Virus record (IMG/VR): IMGVR_UViG_3300047649_000011
Coordinates: 1-59,472 of that record
Length of the DNA stretch: 59,472 nt
Strand: one strand, 5' to 3'
Source: a virus
Lineage: Duplodnaviria; Caudoviricetes
Each line of letters starts with the position of its first letter. Position 1 is the first letter of the stretch. The notes beneath the pieces were generated by a model. It was not told the DNA's origin and did not search any database. It saw nothing but the letters and a program-made list of their open reading frames with translations. The translations under genes and the position numbers were made by a program. Below are positions 38,550-47,429 of the stretch, in pieces.

Positions 38550-39389
38550 TTATGCCGATTGTTCAAGCATTTCAATCACTGACTGACTCCATCGAATTTC
38601 ATAACCACTATGACCACCACGAGTATACGGAACTATTTCGCCAATGTCTTTGCCAGCATCAGTGAGCGCATAAGGTTGTTTTCTATCGCCAGTTACTACA
38701 ATCAATCCTGCACTGACCAACATTTTATTTATCGTCTTAGGATCTGGACTGCCGGTTTTATAACGAATATCCATTTTGTCGGCTATTTCAGTGGCGTTGA
38801 GTCTGCCTATTTCGTGTTCAACCGATGGCAACAACTTCTTCACAGGTGTCATATCAATTTGGTATACAGTTTCAACCATGCTCATTGCCGCTGCATAAGC
38901 TATGCCATCTTTCACCCCGAAAAGTTTCATCATCTGTTTAGCTGTAGCGTCAACATCTCTTACTGCTGTGCTGATCATTCGGGTACGTGGTCGAGGCTGG
39001 GGAGTGAATTTGACTCCGTTTGCATTTTCTCTGACTTTAAAATAGACATTTACAAGTTGCCGCTGTACTTGCCAAGCTAAATCATCAGTGAAAGACTTTA
39101 CTAGCATCAGGTAACCGGATTCGGTGAGCATTATAACTTCGTTGTTTGGATTACCGCCTTTAGGGTTGGGTACGAATTTCGTACTGAACTCTTTCCATGT
39201 AGTTATAAAGTAATCTTCACCTTCAATAAAATGTTGCTTGTTCTCATTGAAGTTTCTTTTGGCGGTTCCCTCTGCTCGATTGTGTACCGAATCAATATCC
39301 TTGAATGTTACTACCCGCTTGCCTTGATACTCTTTGACTTGCAACTGACGCTCTTGATCGGCAATTTGTAATTTAACAATATTGCTCAT
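38550..39389 (-). CDS. ORF6N-domain antirepressor-like protein
   Basis: EY.G.RVVTFKDID.VH.R..GTA.RNF, TESGYLMLVKSFTDDLAW.VQR.LV. Confidence 0.88.
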   Translation of the reverse strand: MSNIVKLQIADQERQLQVKEYQGKRVVTFKDIDSVHNRAEGTAKRNFNENKQHFIEGEDYFITTWKEFSTKFVPNPKGGNPNNEVIMLTESGYLMLVKSFTDDLAWQVQRQLVNVYFKVRENANGVKFTPQPRPRTRMISTAVRDVDATAKQMMKLFGVKDGIAYAAAMSMVETVYQIDMTPVKKLLPSVEHEIGRLNATEIADKMDIRYKTGSPDPKTINKMLVSAGLIVVTGDRKQPYALTDAGKDIGEIVPYTRGGHSGYEIRWSQSVIEMLEQSA

Positions 39390-39470
39390 TTCATCACCCC
39401 TTTTTATGCTTGTCCACTTTTTATGTAGCAGGAGTTATCCTGCATTTTCGGATTTTTGTTGTTCAACTTT

Positions 39471-40157
39471 CTATGCCGTTTTTTCAAGCCTCGGCGTTTT
39501 CAGTTTGTCAGCATATTCCGCTAACATCTTCTTGCGCTCGGCATACTCAACTTTGTTAGCATTCAAGAAGGCTGCTACTGGTTGAAGTGATGCCAGCAAC
39601 TTTATTTCGGATGGGCTTAAGTAGTCTCTGACTTCTGCCGTGTCCGGTAAGTTGCGCTCCTGCTTTAATTGCTTAGCTGTCTTCCCGGCAACTATTGTTA
39701 ATAACATATTCATCTCATTGCTAAAGTGATAAGGCTTTGCTGGATCGTGTGACGACTTGATTGCATCCGTTAACAAGTGACATTCCATCCGGGCTAGTTG
39801 ACGATCTTTTAAAGCTAGTTCCATTTCGTTGAAACGGTTGATGTAGGATTCTTTGAACTTCATTGCCTTTTTGCCATTGAAACCGAACGCTATAATTGAA
39901 AATCCATCTCTTGTTAATAAATACATTGGCAATTTTCTACCTGTGCTATCTTTGTAAGATGACTCCTTAAAATTTATGAGCGAGAATTTTTCACTCAGCC
40001 CACTTTCCGGCTCAGTGGCATTACTGATTGCTTCAAGAACATGAGTGTGCCTTTTATTAAATATCTCAGCCATAGCTCGGCTAGTACAGATGATATCCTT
40101 GCTTGCAAATATACCCATGCCCTGCTGGTCGTTTGGTAAGAGAATGAGCTTGGTCAT
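39471..40157 (-). CDS. Rha-family regulatory protein
   Basis: TSR..AE.F.KRH.HVL, Y.LTRDGF....GF.GKKA..FK..YI..FNEME. Confidence 0.9.
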   Translation of the reverse strand: MTKLILLPNDQQGMGIFASKDIICTSRAMAEIFNKRHTHVLEAISNATEPESGLSEKFSLINFKESSYKDSTGRKLPMYLLTRDGFSIIAFGFNGKKAMKFKESYINRFNEMELALKDRQLARMECHLLTDAIKSSHDPAKPYHFSNEMNMLLTIVAGKTAKQLKQERNLPDTAEVRDYLSPSEIKLLASLQPVAAFLNANKVEYAERKKMLAEYADKLKTPRLEKTA

Positions 40158-40172
40158 TTATTCTCCTTTCTT

Positions 40173-40355
40173 TTATCTACACTTCGTTAAATCGAGTATC
40201 CATTTTTCAAACAGTTCTTTGGGAATTAATGTCTTTCTTCCGATATGAAAGCAAGGAAATTTAGGATTGCTTTTAATTTGCCAGTAAATTTCTTTAATAC
40301 CAATTTTAGAAATTTTAGCCGCTTCTTTTACTGTTAACGTAAGCGGTGATTCCAT
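40173..40355 (-). CDS. Excisionase-like HTH protein
   Basis: LTVKEAA...IG...FP...IGRK.LIP...FEKW. Confidence 0.8.
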   Translation of the reverse strand: MESPLTLTVKEAAKISKIGIKEIYWQIKSNPKFPCFHIGRKTLIPKELFEKWILDLTKCR

Positions 40356-40357
40356 AG

Positions 40358-40558
40358 TTAAACTCCTTTTTGTTCAAGTTTAATTTCAACTTCTTTTGCA
40401 ATAATTGGAACGTATCTTTTGCCAATTCTTGTACCTTTCAGAATTTCACGTAAATACTGCACCGAAATTCCTACTTTTTCTGCTAGTTTAGGAGTAGTCA
40501 TGCTTTTGTCAATCATGGCTTTCATTACTTGCTTCCCAAAAGGCGAATAATCTCTCAT
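40358..40558 (-). CDS. Cro-like HTH repressor
   Basis: LAEKVGISVQYL.EILKG; divergent from CI-like gene. Confidence 0.8.
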   Translation of the reverse strand: MRDYSPFGKQVMKAMIDKSMTTPKLAEKVGISVQYLREILKGTRIGKRYVPIIAKEVEIKLEQKGV

Positions 40559-40617
40559 GCTATACCTCCTTTTCTAGGACATTCATCCTAATTTGTATAA
40601 AATAACAGCTTAAATTA

Positions 40618-40646
40618 TTTACAATAAGTATCAAATATGATAATAT
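40618..40646 (+). promoter_or_regulatory. Rightward (cI-side) promoter
   Basis: TTTACA-17-TAATAT with extended TG. Confidence 0.6.
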
Positions 40647-40760
40647 TGGTTACATTAAGAGCAACATAAATCTTATCGTTCCCCAACGATTTTAAAAAGG
40701 ATTCTATGAACCCTCTGGTTTTTTGTTGCCTTTTTGTAAAGTGTTTAAGCTGTTAATGCA

Positions 40761-40789
40761 AGTATAGTATCAAATTTGCTCTATGTCAA
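40761..40789 (-). promoter_or_regulatory. Leftward lytic promoter
   Basis: TTGACA-17-TATACT on minus strand. Confidence 0.7.
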
Positions 40790-40833
40790 TACATTTTAGA
40801 GAAAATTTAATGCTAATAAATGGAGTGTGCTTT

Positions 40834-41160
40834 ATGAATTTAGTAGAAAAGATACGAATACTATGTGTTAATAAAAAAATTGATTTAGCAACTTTAGAAT
40901 CCGAATTAAATTTTGGCAAAAAAACTATTTATAAATGGAATAAAAATATGCCATCGGCTGATAAAATAGCAAAAATAGCAGATTACTTTGATATTTCAGC
41001 AGACTATTTCTTAGAAACAGGAATTTATAGAGAAGACCTAAAAGAAGCAGAAGAACCAAATGATCCTTATACTGTTTTTAGCAAAAAAGCTAAAGAAGAA
41101 GGAATATCAATAGAAGTTTTAAAAAAATCACTTGAAATAGCAAAAATTTATCAAAAATAA
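40834..41160 (+). CDS. CI-like repressor (HTH only, no S24 peptidase domain)
   Basis: ATG 40834 after GGAG; LE.EL.FG..TIYKW...PS.DK..KIADYF..S.DY.L. Confidence 0.82.
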   Translation: MNLVEKIRILCVNKKIDLATLESELNFGKKTIYKWNKNMPSADKIAKIADYFDISADYFLETGIYREDLKEAEEPNDPYTVFSKKAKEEGISIEVLKKSLEIAKIYQK

Positions 41161-41185
41161 AAAAGCCAGCTAAAATGCTGGCTTT
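41161..41185. terminator. Bidirectional terminator
   Basis: AAAAGCCAGC-taaaat-GCTGGCTTT between convergent ORFs. Confidence 0.7.
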
Positions 41186-41193
41186 AAATTTAT

Positions 41194-41325
41194 TTATTTT
41201 ATGTGTTTAAATTTTTTAAAATCATCTAAATATAGAGGATCAACGATATAACTTCCGTCTTTTAATTTTTTCCAACAAATATCACCTTGAAAATCAATAA
41301 TAATATAGTTATATTTTTTCTGCAC
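41194..41325 (-). CDS. SOS-regulated 43-aa micro-ORF (candidate antirepressor), not in ORF track
   Basis: GGAG RBS, GTG start, MQKKYNYIIIDFQGDICWKKLKDGSYIVDPLYLDDFKKFKHIK. Confidence 0.55.
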   Translation of the reverse strand: MQKKYNYIIIDFQGDICWKKLKDGSYIVDPLYLDDFKKFKHIK

Positions 41326-41356
41326 ATCAACATCTCCAACTATTTATAGTAAATAT

Positions 41357-41408
41357 CGAACATATGTTCTTTGATATTTATTATACTTCTTATAGAAAAT
41401 TGAATCAA
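41357..41408 (-). promoter_or_regulatory. SigA promoter with Firmicutes LexA (Cheo) box
   Basis: TTGATT-17-TATAAT (41408-41380) then CGAAC-ATAT-GTTCT at 41357-41370. Confidence 0.75.
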
Positions 41409-41491
41409 CTGCATTATAATACTATTATTCCCTTTATTCGACAAACGAAAAGCCAGTCCACTAACGGACTGGCTAAGTTATGACATTTCGT

Positions 41492-41680
41492 TCAATTATC
41501 ACGGCGATCGCTTCCTTGATAATATAATTCTTCGGGGGCTACTCCGAGAACATCAGCAATTAATTGTTCTTCTATAACTGTCAAATACTCACGTTGCCCA
41601 TTTACCATTGCGTTTACTGTTGGTAGATTAATACCTGTTTCTCTGGATAATCTCCTTTGTGACCATCCTAATTGCTTCAT
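41492..41680 (-). CDS. Small HTH (Cro/C1-type) protein
   Basis: WSQRRLSRETGI...TVN.M.NG...IA.VLGV.PEEL. Confidence 0.7.
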   Translation of the reverse strand: MKQLGWSQRRLSRETGINLPTVNAMVNGQREYLTVIEEQLIADVLGVAPEELYYQGSDRRDN

Positions 41681-41881
41681 AAGCTGTTTTAATCTTAGTA
41701 TAAGTGCTACCCCATTTGGAACAGAATAGCATTATTATATAATATGTCGAATTATGACGCAATATGAAACTAAGTTGCAATGATTAAAAGTACCGAAGTC
41801 ATATAGTTTTGGCTAACACTAAGCAAAATTCCTGCAATAAAATAAATTATTTTTATAAAATTCAATAAAGGAGAGACTATT

Positions 41882-43063
41882 ATGAAGACAATTAAAGAAA
41901 AGAAAAAAAGTCAACGCGATGACGGAAGATTCGTAGTAACCAAAGTGTTTAATGGTAAAAAGAAATATTTTTATAGTCCCATTTCAAAAAAATACGCAGA
42001 AAAACAGCGTGATGAATATGAAGAATCCTTAAAATCAAAGCCAAAAAATTATAAAGATATTACATTATCGGAGTGGCTTGACGAATGGCTTATCAATGTA
42101 AAGCAAGATAATATATCTGATAAAGCGTTTCAAAGTTATGAAAGTAATTGTCGTGTGCATATCAAACCCTATCTAGGTGGTCAAAAGTTGTCAGATTTAG
42201 AAATACCTCTTATACGAAGTTTTTTAACTTATTGTAAAAATAAAGTTGTTTGTCGAATGAAAAAACCAACGGAAGAAGATTTAAAAAATGCAAAAAAAAT
42301 AAGTGCCAGAACATTACAGTATATTTACGTTACACTGAACGCCGCACTTGAACAGGCAAGAAAAGATAAAATCATCTTAGAAAATCCATGTGATACAGTA
42401 GAAAAGCCAACAGTTAAGCCGTCACCGATAAAAATATTTACAGATAAAGAAAAGATTAAGCTATTAAACATGGCACAAAAGACAGATATAGAAATGCATA
42501 CTATGATTGTACTTGCGTTAGATACAGGGGCACGGTTAAGTGAATTTTTAAATTTAAAGTGGTCAAAAGTCGATTTACAAACTGGAAGAATAGTAATAGA
42601 TCAAGCTACAGAGCAAACCAAAGATGAAGGTGCCAAAGAAGCGTCGACCAAAAATGCAGCATCAATAAGGGCAATAAAGTTAACCCAGGAATGCTTAGAT
42701 ATATTAGATAAATATAAAGAAATACAAGATTCGCAAATTAAAGAATATGGTACCCATTATATTGATAACGACTATGTGTTTGCCAAAAAAGATGGTTTAC
42801 TTATTCCCAACTATGAAATAAGTAAACGGTTTAAAAAAATAGCATTAGCGGCAGGATTAAGGTCAGATGCACACTTTCACGAAACTAGGCACACATTAGC
42901 CACGGAATTAATTGAAATGGGAGTAAATCAATTTAAAGTACAGGCTTTACTTGGACATGCTACTCTTGATATGACTAAGAGGTATACTCATTTAAATGTT
43001 GACAGTCAGGATGAAATCATCAATAAGCTAAATAAAAAACGCAGTAGATCAAAAAAGTCTTGA
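41882..43063 (+). CDS. int: Tyrosine integrase
   Basis: TGARLSE, HETRHTLAT, LLGH....MT.RY catalytic motifs; arm-binding N-terminus. Confidence 0.95.
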   Translation: MKTIKEKKKSQRDDGRFVVTKVFNGKKKYFYSPISKKYAEKQRDEYEESLKSKPKNYKDITLSEWLDEWLINVKQDNISDKAFQSYESNCRVHIKPYLGGQKLSDLEIPLIRSFLTYCKNKVVCRMKKPTEEDLKNAKKISARTLQYIYVTLNAALEQARKDKIILENPCDTVEKPTVKPSPIKIFTDKEKIKLLNMAQKTDIEMHTMIVLALDTGARLSEFLNLKWSKVDLQTGRIVIDQATEQTKDEGAKEASTKNAASIRAIKLTQECLDILDKYKEIQDSQIKEYGTHYIDNDYVFAKKDGLLIPNYEISKRFKKIALAAGLRSDAHFHETRHTLATELIEMGVNQFKVQALLGHATLDMTKRYTHLNVDSQDEIINKLNKKRSRSKKS

Positions 43064-43070
43064 TATATCT

Positions 43071-43394
43071 CTGATAACTTTTGACCTACTTTTTTTGGCA
43101 ATGGTCTGACAACTTTTCGACAACTCCGTTTAAAAATCTTATGCGCTTTGATGCCATGTTATGCCGTGATATGAAACGTTAATATATAGATAAAACATAA
43201 GGGATATAAGGCTTTGCGCCCTATATCCCTTGTTTTTCTTGGTGACCCACCGGGGAATCGAACCCCGAACCTACTGATTAAGAGTCAGTTATTTTATGTT
43301 ATCATATATAAGCAGCAAAGCACCTAATTTACTATGATTATAGCATATTAGTTGTCAAAATCAGTTGCGTGATTGACAACTTTTTGACAACTTT
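43071..43394. mobile_element. attP with TGACAAC arm-type repeats
   Basis: (T)GACAACTT repeats at ~43072-43127 and 43351-43394 flanking a tRNA-derived core downstream of int. Confidence 0.8.
43240..43289 (-). other. att core: 3' half of tRNA-Lys(CTT)
   Basis: ACTGA-CTCTTAA-TCAGT arm, GGTTCGATTCC, GGGTCACCA end; 5' half absent; hairpin 43199-43231 downstream. Confidence 0.85.
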
Positions 43395-43873
43395 AAAACT
43401 TAAATTTTGATAGCATTTGGCGTTTTCGCTATTTTGCTACCACGATTTTTTACCCTTGAATCTCGATAACTCTTTTTGCTTGTTTCACGCCATTGGTCAT
43501 CACGCCAATGGCTTTTTTACGCCAAAATCTCCATCGTCCTCCGAGCCTGTGCCACCGTCGTCACCAGTGTAATCCTCGCCTTTTTAATCCTCTCCGGTGT
43601 CGTGTCCGGGGCATATTCGATAATGCTGATTTTATCCAAGCCATAGCAAGCCAAACCACGAAAATCACTTAAGTACACACGATATATAGATATACTGTTA
43701 TATAACTGGTGAACAACCATAAAATTCAAAACAAAACTAGTTTACTGGTTCACCCGTTGGCTTCTAAATATAATTTAATACTATATTTTTTACTTTATTG
43801 GTAATATAATTAACTTATATGTGATTAACTGTATAATTTTTAATCGAATAAATTAAATCAAGCGGGTGTTTTT

Positions 43874-44872
43874 TTGAAAAAAATATTTGTTACTTATTTA
43901 GGAGCATTAGGAGATACTTTAATGATAACCCCTACTTTAAGAGCTATTAAAGAAACCTATCCCGAATCTAAAACGATATTTCTCGTATCGTCAAAGGCAA
44001 AAGGTATCTTTGAAAACAGTCCTTACGTTGACGAATTACTATATCATAAAGATGGCGATAGTTATTTTTCTGTATTATTAAAAATATGGAAATCTGATTT
44101 AGCTTTAATATATGATAACAACGCTAGAGCTAGATCACTTGCTTGGATTGCCAGAATTAAAATAATATTAGGATTTGGAACATATAAGAAAAGATTTTTA
44201 ACTGATTATACCGAAAGAATCGACAATGTTAATATATATTCGGCTAACAATTATCTTAATTTAGCAAAACGTATAGGAATTACCACTAATAATTTAAGTA
44301 TGCACGTTCCAACTTGTAATAGTGAAGAGAAAAAAGAAATTGACGATCTAATAAATAAGCGTTGCCACAATCAAAAATTTATTACAATAAATCCGTATTC
44401 ATCGTTTAATTTAAAAGATTGGCCTGAAGAAAAATATAATGATATTGTAGATAAATTTCTAAAATATGGGTATTCAACAATATTAATCGGCGGTGATGAG
44501 CTTAAAGAAAAACATAAATCATTTAAAAATGGAATTTATATTCCAAATAAAATAAGTCCTAAACAATCTGCTTATATCATATCCAGATCGCGATTGTTCT
44601 TATGTGGGTGTACATTTGGCTTGCATTTAGCGTCTACTGTTAGCACTCCAATTCTTGCGATTTATGGCCCTACATCAGAAAAAGAATGGGCTCCATATGA
44701 TAACTGTACAGTAATAAATCATAAACTGCCATGCTCACCATGCGTGTATATTGGTTCGACATTTCATTGTCAACTTGATAAAAAATGTTTAAGAGATATA
44801 ACCGTTGATGAGGTATTTGAAACAACAATTAATATTTTGAATAAAGAAAATTATCAACAAAATTTAGGATAA
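43874..44872 (+). CDS. Glycosyltransferase family 9 (heptosyltransferase-like)
   Basis: ALGD.LM.TP.LRAIK..YP, K.WP, G.HLA......LAIYGPT...WAP, CSPC, CL..I.VDEV; AT-rich. Confidence 0.88.
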   Translation: MKKIFVTYLGALGDTLMITPTLRAIKETYPESKTIFLVSSKAKGIFENSPYVDELLYHKDGDSYFSVLLKIWKSDLALIYDNNARARSLAWIARIKIILGFGTYKKRFLTDYTERIDNVNIYSANNYLNLAKRIGITTNNLSMHVPTCNSEEKKEIDDLINKRCHNQKFITINPYSSFNLKDWPEEKYNDIVDKFLKYGYSTILIGGDELKEKHKSFKNGIYIPNKISPKQSAYIISRSRLFLCGCTFGLHLASTVSTPILAIYGPTSEKEWAPYDNCTVINHKLPCSPCVYIGSTFHCQLDKKCLRDITVDEVFETTINILNKENYQQNLG

Positions 44873-44994
44873 CACTATAGTTATAAACCAATATGGAGGG
44901 ATATGTTAATGAAAAATGAATATTACACTTGTACAATAGCGATTTTATCCGGAGAGATAGTATAAAAAAGGCCAGAATATTAATATATAGCAAT

Positions 44995-45028
44995 AAAAAA
45001 GCCATCGGCATAACCCGGTGGCTTTTTT
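44995..45028. terminator. Bidirectional terminator
   Basis: A6-GCCATCGG..CCGGTGGC-T6 between convergent genes. Confidence 0.75.
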
Positions 45029-45831
45029 TAATAAGCTACTTCATACATTCTATTCAGCATCATACCTTCCGTAGCAAAATGATTTATATTCCAGTCAGAA
45101 TCTATGTTGCTATTCAAAAATTGAATCATCATTTCAACCATTGCTTCTCTGTCAATATCATATTCGTTCATGAATCCATTTATATTATTGTAGACTACTT
45201 TATGCTGCTTAAGTTTTAACCTAGGATGATCTCTACCCGCCTTTTGTTTATATAAATCATGCATATATGTGGAGATGGCATCAACGGCCTCTTTATTAAC
45301 GTTATCAAAATGTTCTAATGAGCAAGTGGCAATCTCGCCAGAGTTGCTACCCTTATCCTTATAATCAGTATCACTAAGATCGGTGTCAATACACTCAGTA
45401 TCATTAGTATGTATATCTGACATGTTTGTATCTGTCACATTGACGGTTCCAGATCGGTCAGATTGACAGTTCATAGCATTTTCAATGCTTTGCTCTACAT
45501 GACAAACAAATATTAAATTTGGTTTACCTAATCCTTGGCGCTTTTGTTTTATTAATTCAAAGGTGGATAATTGTTTCATAGCTCGAAATACAGTACTTTC
45601 AGAACAGCCTATTATTTCAGCCAAATTAAGTTTGGAAAACAAAAGATATATTTCGTTTTTATCATTTATCCAACCATTTACTTTTGATAATTCCATCCGA
45701 TCGCGCAACACACTATAAACAACTTTTGCTTCTAATGTTAATCCTTCATACTTACTGTTATTAAACAAACTTTTTGGTAATTGATAAAATCTTTGATTGT
45801 CAACCTCGTTAGATTTATAAATTGTGGACAT
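45028..45831 (-). CDS. RepA_N-family replication initiator
   Basis: RFYQLPK.LF....Y..L..EAK..Y..L.DR.ELS..NGW, RQGLGKPN.I.V. Confidence 0.88.
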   Translation of the reverse strand: MSTIYKSNEVDNQRFYQLPKSLFNNSKYEGLTLEAKVVYSVLRDRMELSKVNGWINDKNEIYLLFSKLNLAEIIGCSESTVFRAMKQLSTFELIKQKRQGLGKPNLIFVCHVEQSIENAMNCQSDRSGTVNVTDTNMSDIHTNDTECIDTDLSDTDYKDKGSNSGEIATCSLEHFDNVNKEAVDAISTYMHDLYKQKAGRDHPRLKLKQHKVVYNNINGFMNEYDIDREAMVEMMIQFLNSNIDSDWNINHFATEGMMLNRMYEVAY

Positions 45832-46015
45832 AAATAATAACCCGCCTTTACGGTTTATTTGCCTTTTTATAATTAATGGGAAAGAGGTTAAGGCTTACCT
45901 CTTTATCACGACCGTTAGCTAGACGGCGGCTATCCCTTATTAACTATATTATACCATATTTATCCTGTCAATAGATAAAAAATAGCCCCCCAATCATTGA
46001 GATTGAGGGATTTAT

Positions 46016-46231
46016 TTAGAATCCGTATATCGGCATATGAAAACGTCTTCGCATTGCATTTATGCGCTTTTTAGCCTGCGCTCGCTCAGCTGCGTCAACA
46101 CCAGATACTTGGTGAAATCGTGCAATTGCATTTGAAACATGTCGTGGATTAGTCAATGGCTCTTTTCTCTCGCGAGGGAAGGCGAATTCGCTGCTCGGCA
46201 GAGATTGACGTTTTCGATAACTAAGTTTCAC
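46016..46231 (-). CDS. Small basic protein (DUF6582-like)
   Basis: R..LP.SEFAFP.ERKEPL....HV.NAIARF.QV. Confidence 0.65.
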   Translation of the reverse strand: MKLSYRKRQSLPSSEFAFPRERKEPLTNPRHVSNAIARFHQVSGVDAAERAQAKKRINAMRRRFHMPIYGF

Positions 46232-46233
46232 GT

Positions 46234-46452
46234 TTACCGCCTCCGTTGAAAGTCACTACCTTGCGCGAAACGTTCTGGATAAGCTCCTCTGAGCCTCTCT
46301 GGACGGTGTACCAAGAGTGGGCCTGTCTTAACAACAGTGCTCTCTACCGTCTGTAACGGGCTGTCCCATGCGGCAATAGGGCCTGGGGCTGTACCTTCCA
46401 ACCAGCCTTCCTTTCGTGGACGTTTAATAGCTTTCACGACGATGCCTTTCAT
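46234..46452 (-). CDS. Small basic hypothetical protein
   Basis: ORF in late operon. Confidence 0.5.
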   Translation of the reverse strand: MKGIVVKAIKRPRKEGWLEGTAPGPIAAWDSPLQTVESTVVKTGPLLVHRPERLRGAYPERFAQGSDFQRRR

Positions 46453-46678
46453 GTCTTGCCTTGCCGCCTTCTATACCAGGTCGCATGTCATTTGCCGCCT
46501 TAAACTGTTGCGGGTAAATTGATCCTTTGTACGATGGCAACATACCTTCAACAACGTTCAAAGGACGCTTGCTTTGATGATGAGAACTAAAACCCGGTTC
46601 TTTGTAATTGTCCGTAGGGTACGGGCGGTTCTTGTGTCCGTGTGAGTGATTTAACATAATTCCGATTCCTCTTTTCAT
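46424..46678 (-). CDS. Small His/Arg-rich hypothetical protein
   Basis: ORF; probable start MLNHSHGH after GAGGA. Confidence 0.5.
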   Translation of the reverse strand: MKRGIGIMLNHSHGHKNRPYPTDNYKEPGFSSHHQSKRPLNVVEGMLPSYKGSIYPQQFKAANDMRPGIEGGKARHERHRRESY

Positions 46679-46732
46679 TTTTTTATTTATTTAAACTGTT
46701 AAATATTAACTCTTTAACAACTCAAAACTTGG

Positions 46733-46945
46733 TCAAGATTTCTTCTGATCTTTCGTTGTACCAATTGGGATTGTTGGTGTCACTACTAATTCAGGTTCGG
46801 GCAGAAAAGTATAGACGCATGGATGGGTTGCCCCAAACAGCTTTTTATGATAGTTATCAACCGCTGTTGAAATAACATTTAGAAGTTGAGCCTTCTTCGT
46901 AGCCGTTAAGTTAGCGTAGATTTTAATTTCCATTTTATTGAACAT
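46733..46945 (-). CDS. Hypothetical protein
   Basis: Coupled ORF. Confidence 0.4.
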   Translation of the reverse strand: MFNKMEIKIYANLTATKKAQLLNVISTAVDNYHKKLFGATHPCVYTFLPEPELVVTPTIPIGTTKDQKKS

Positions 46946-47420
46946 TCCCTTCTAATTCTTTCTCTTCGTCTTCCGGACTGATATTGTTGGGGTTAATACT
47001 TGGTAAAATATTATCTCCTCCGGCACGAAGTATTAACGCCGCTGTCTTGCTACAGTGGGCAGTCAACAATCCATCATCAGGCAGATTAAGGCCAAATACA
47101 TCATGCAAACCGGTAACTATACAATTGTCATAGCCATAGGCAGTGCCAATCAGCCTTTCAGCCTCGGCCTGTGCCGCTTCAAAATTGGGCAACTCAACAT
47201 CAAATGTTTTCACATCGGCATTATCATATTTTCGCCATGAGCTAATTCGAACACAAGGGGGCATAATATTGGGGCCACCTTCACCTAATGACTCAACCAA
47301 GCCAACGCCAGGCACTTTAACGGCTACATGAACAAAGGGGCCGCTAGAAGCTGTTGCAATAAGCTTATCAACAACGCTCCCAACCGTCCCCGGAACAAAG
47401 ATTACTTGTACTTTAGACAT
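46935..47420 (-). CDS. Permuted papain-like (NlpC/P60, YiiX-like) hydrolase
   Basis: F.HVA N-terminal His, G..YG, HCS catalytic Cys late in chain. Confidence 0.65.
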   Translation of the reverse strand: MSKVQVIFVPGTVGSVVDKLIATASSGPFVHVAVKVPGVGLVESLGEGGPNIMPPCVRISSWRKYDNADVKTFDVELPNFEAAQAEAERLIGTAYGYDNCIVTGLHDVFGLNLPDDGLLTAHCSKTAALILRAGGDNILPSINPNNISPEDEEKELEGNVQ

Positions 47421-47429
47421 GGTTCCTCC

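Noticed and set aside
36905-40157. Three antirepressor-type genes (AntA, ORF6N, Rha) as a novel system
   Set aside because: Such clusters are common in Firmicutes temperate phages
43240-43289. Functional tRNA-Lys gene
   Set aside because: 5' acceptor strand and D-arm are missing; position fits an attP core
43517-43729. 70-aa ORF beside attP
   Set aside because: No clear RBS or motif; several short frames are equally plausible
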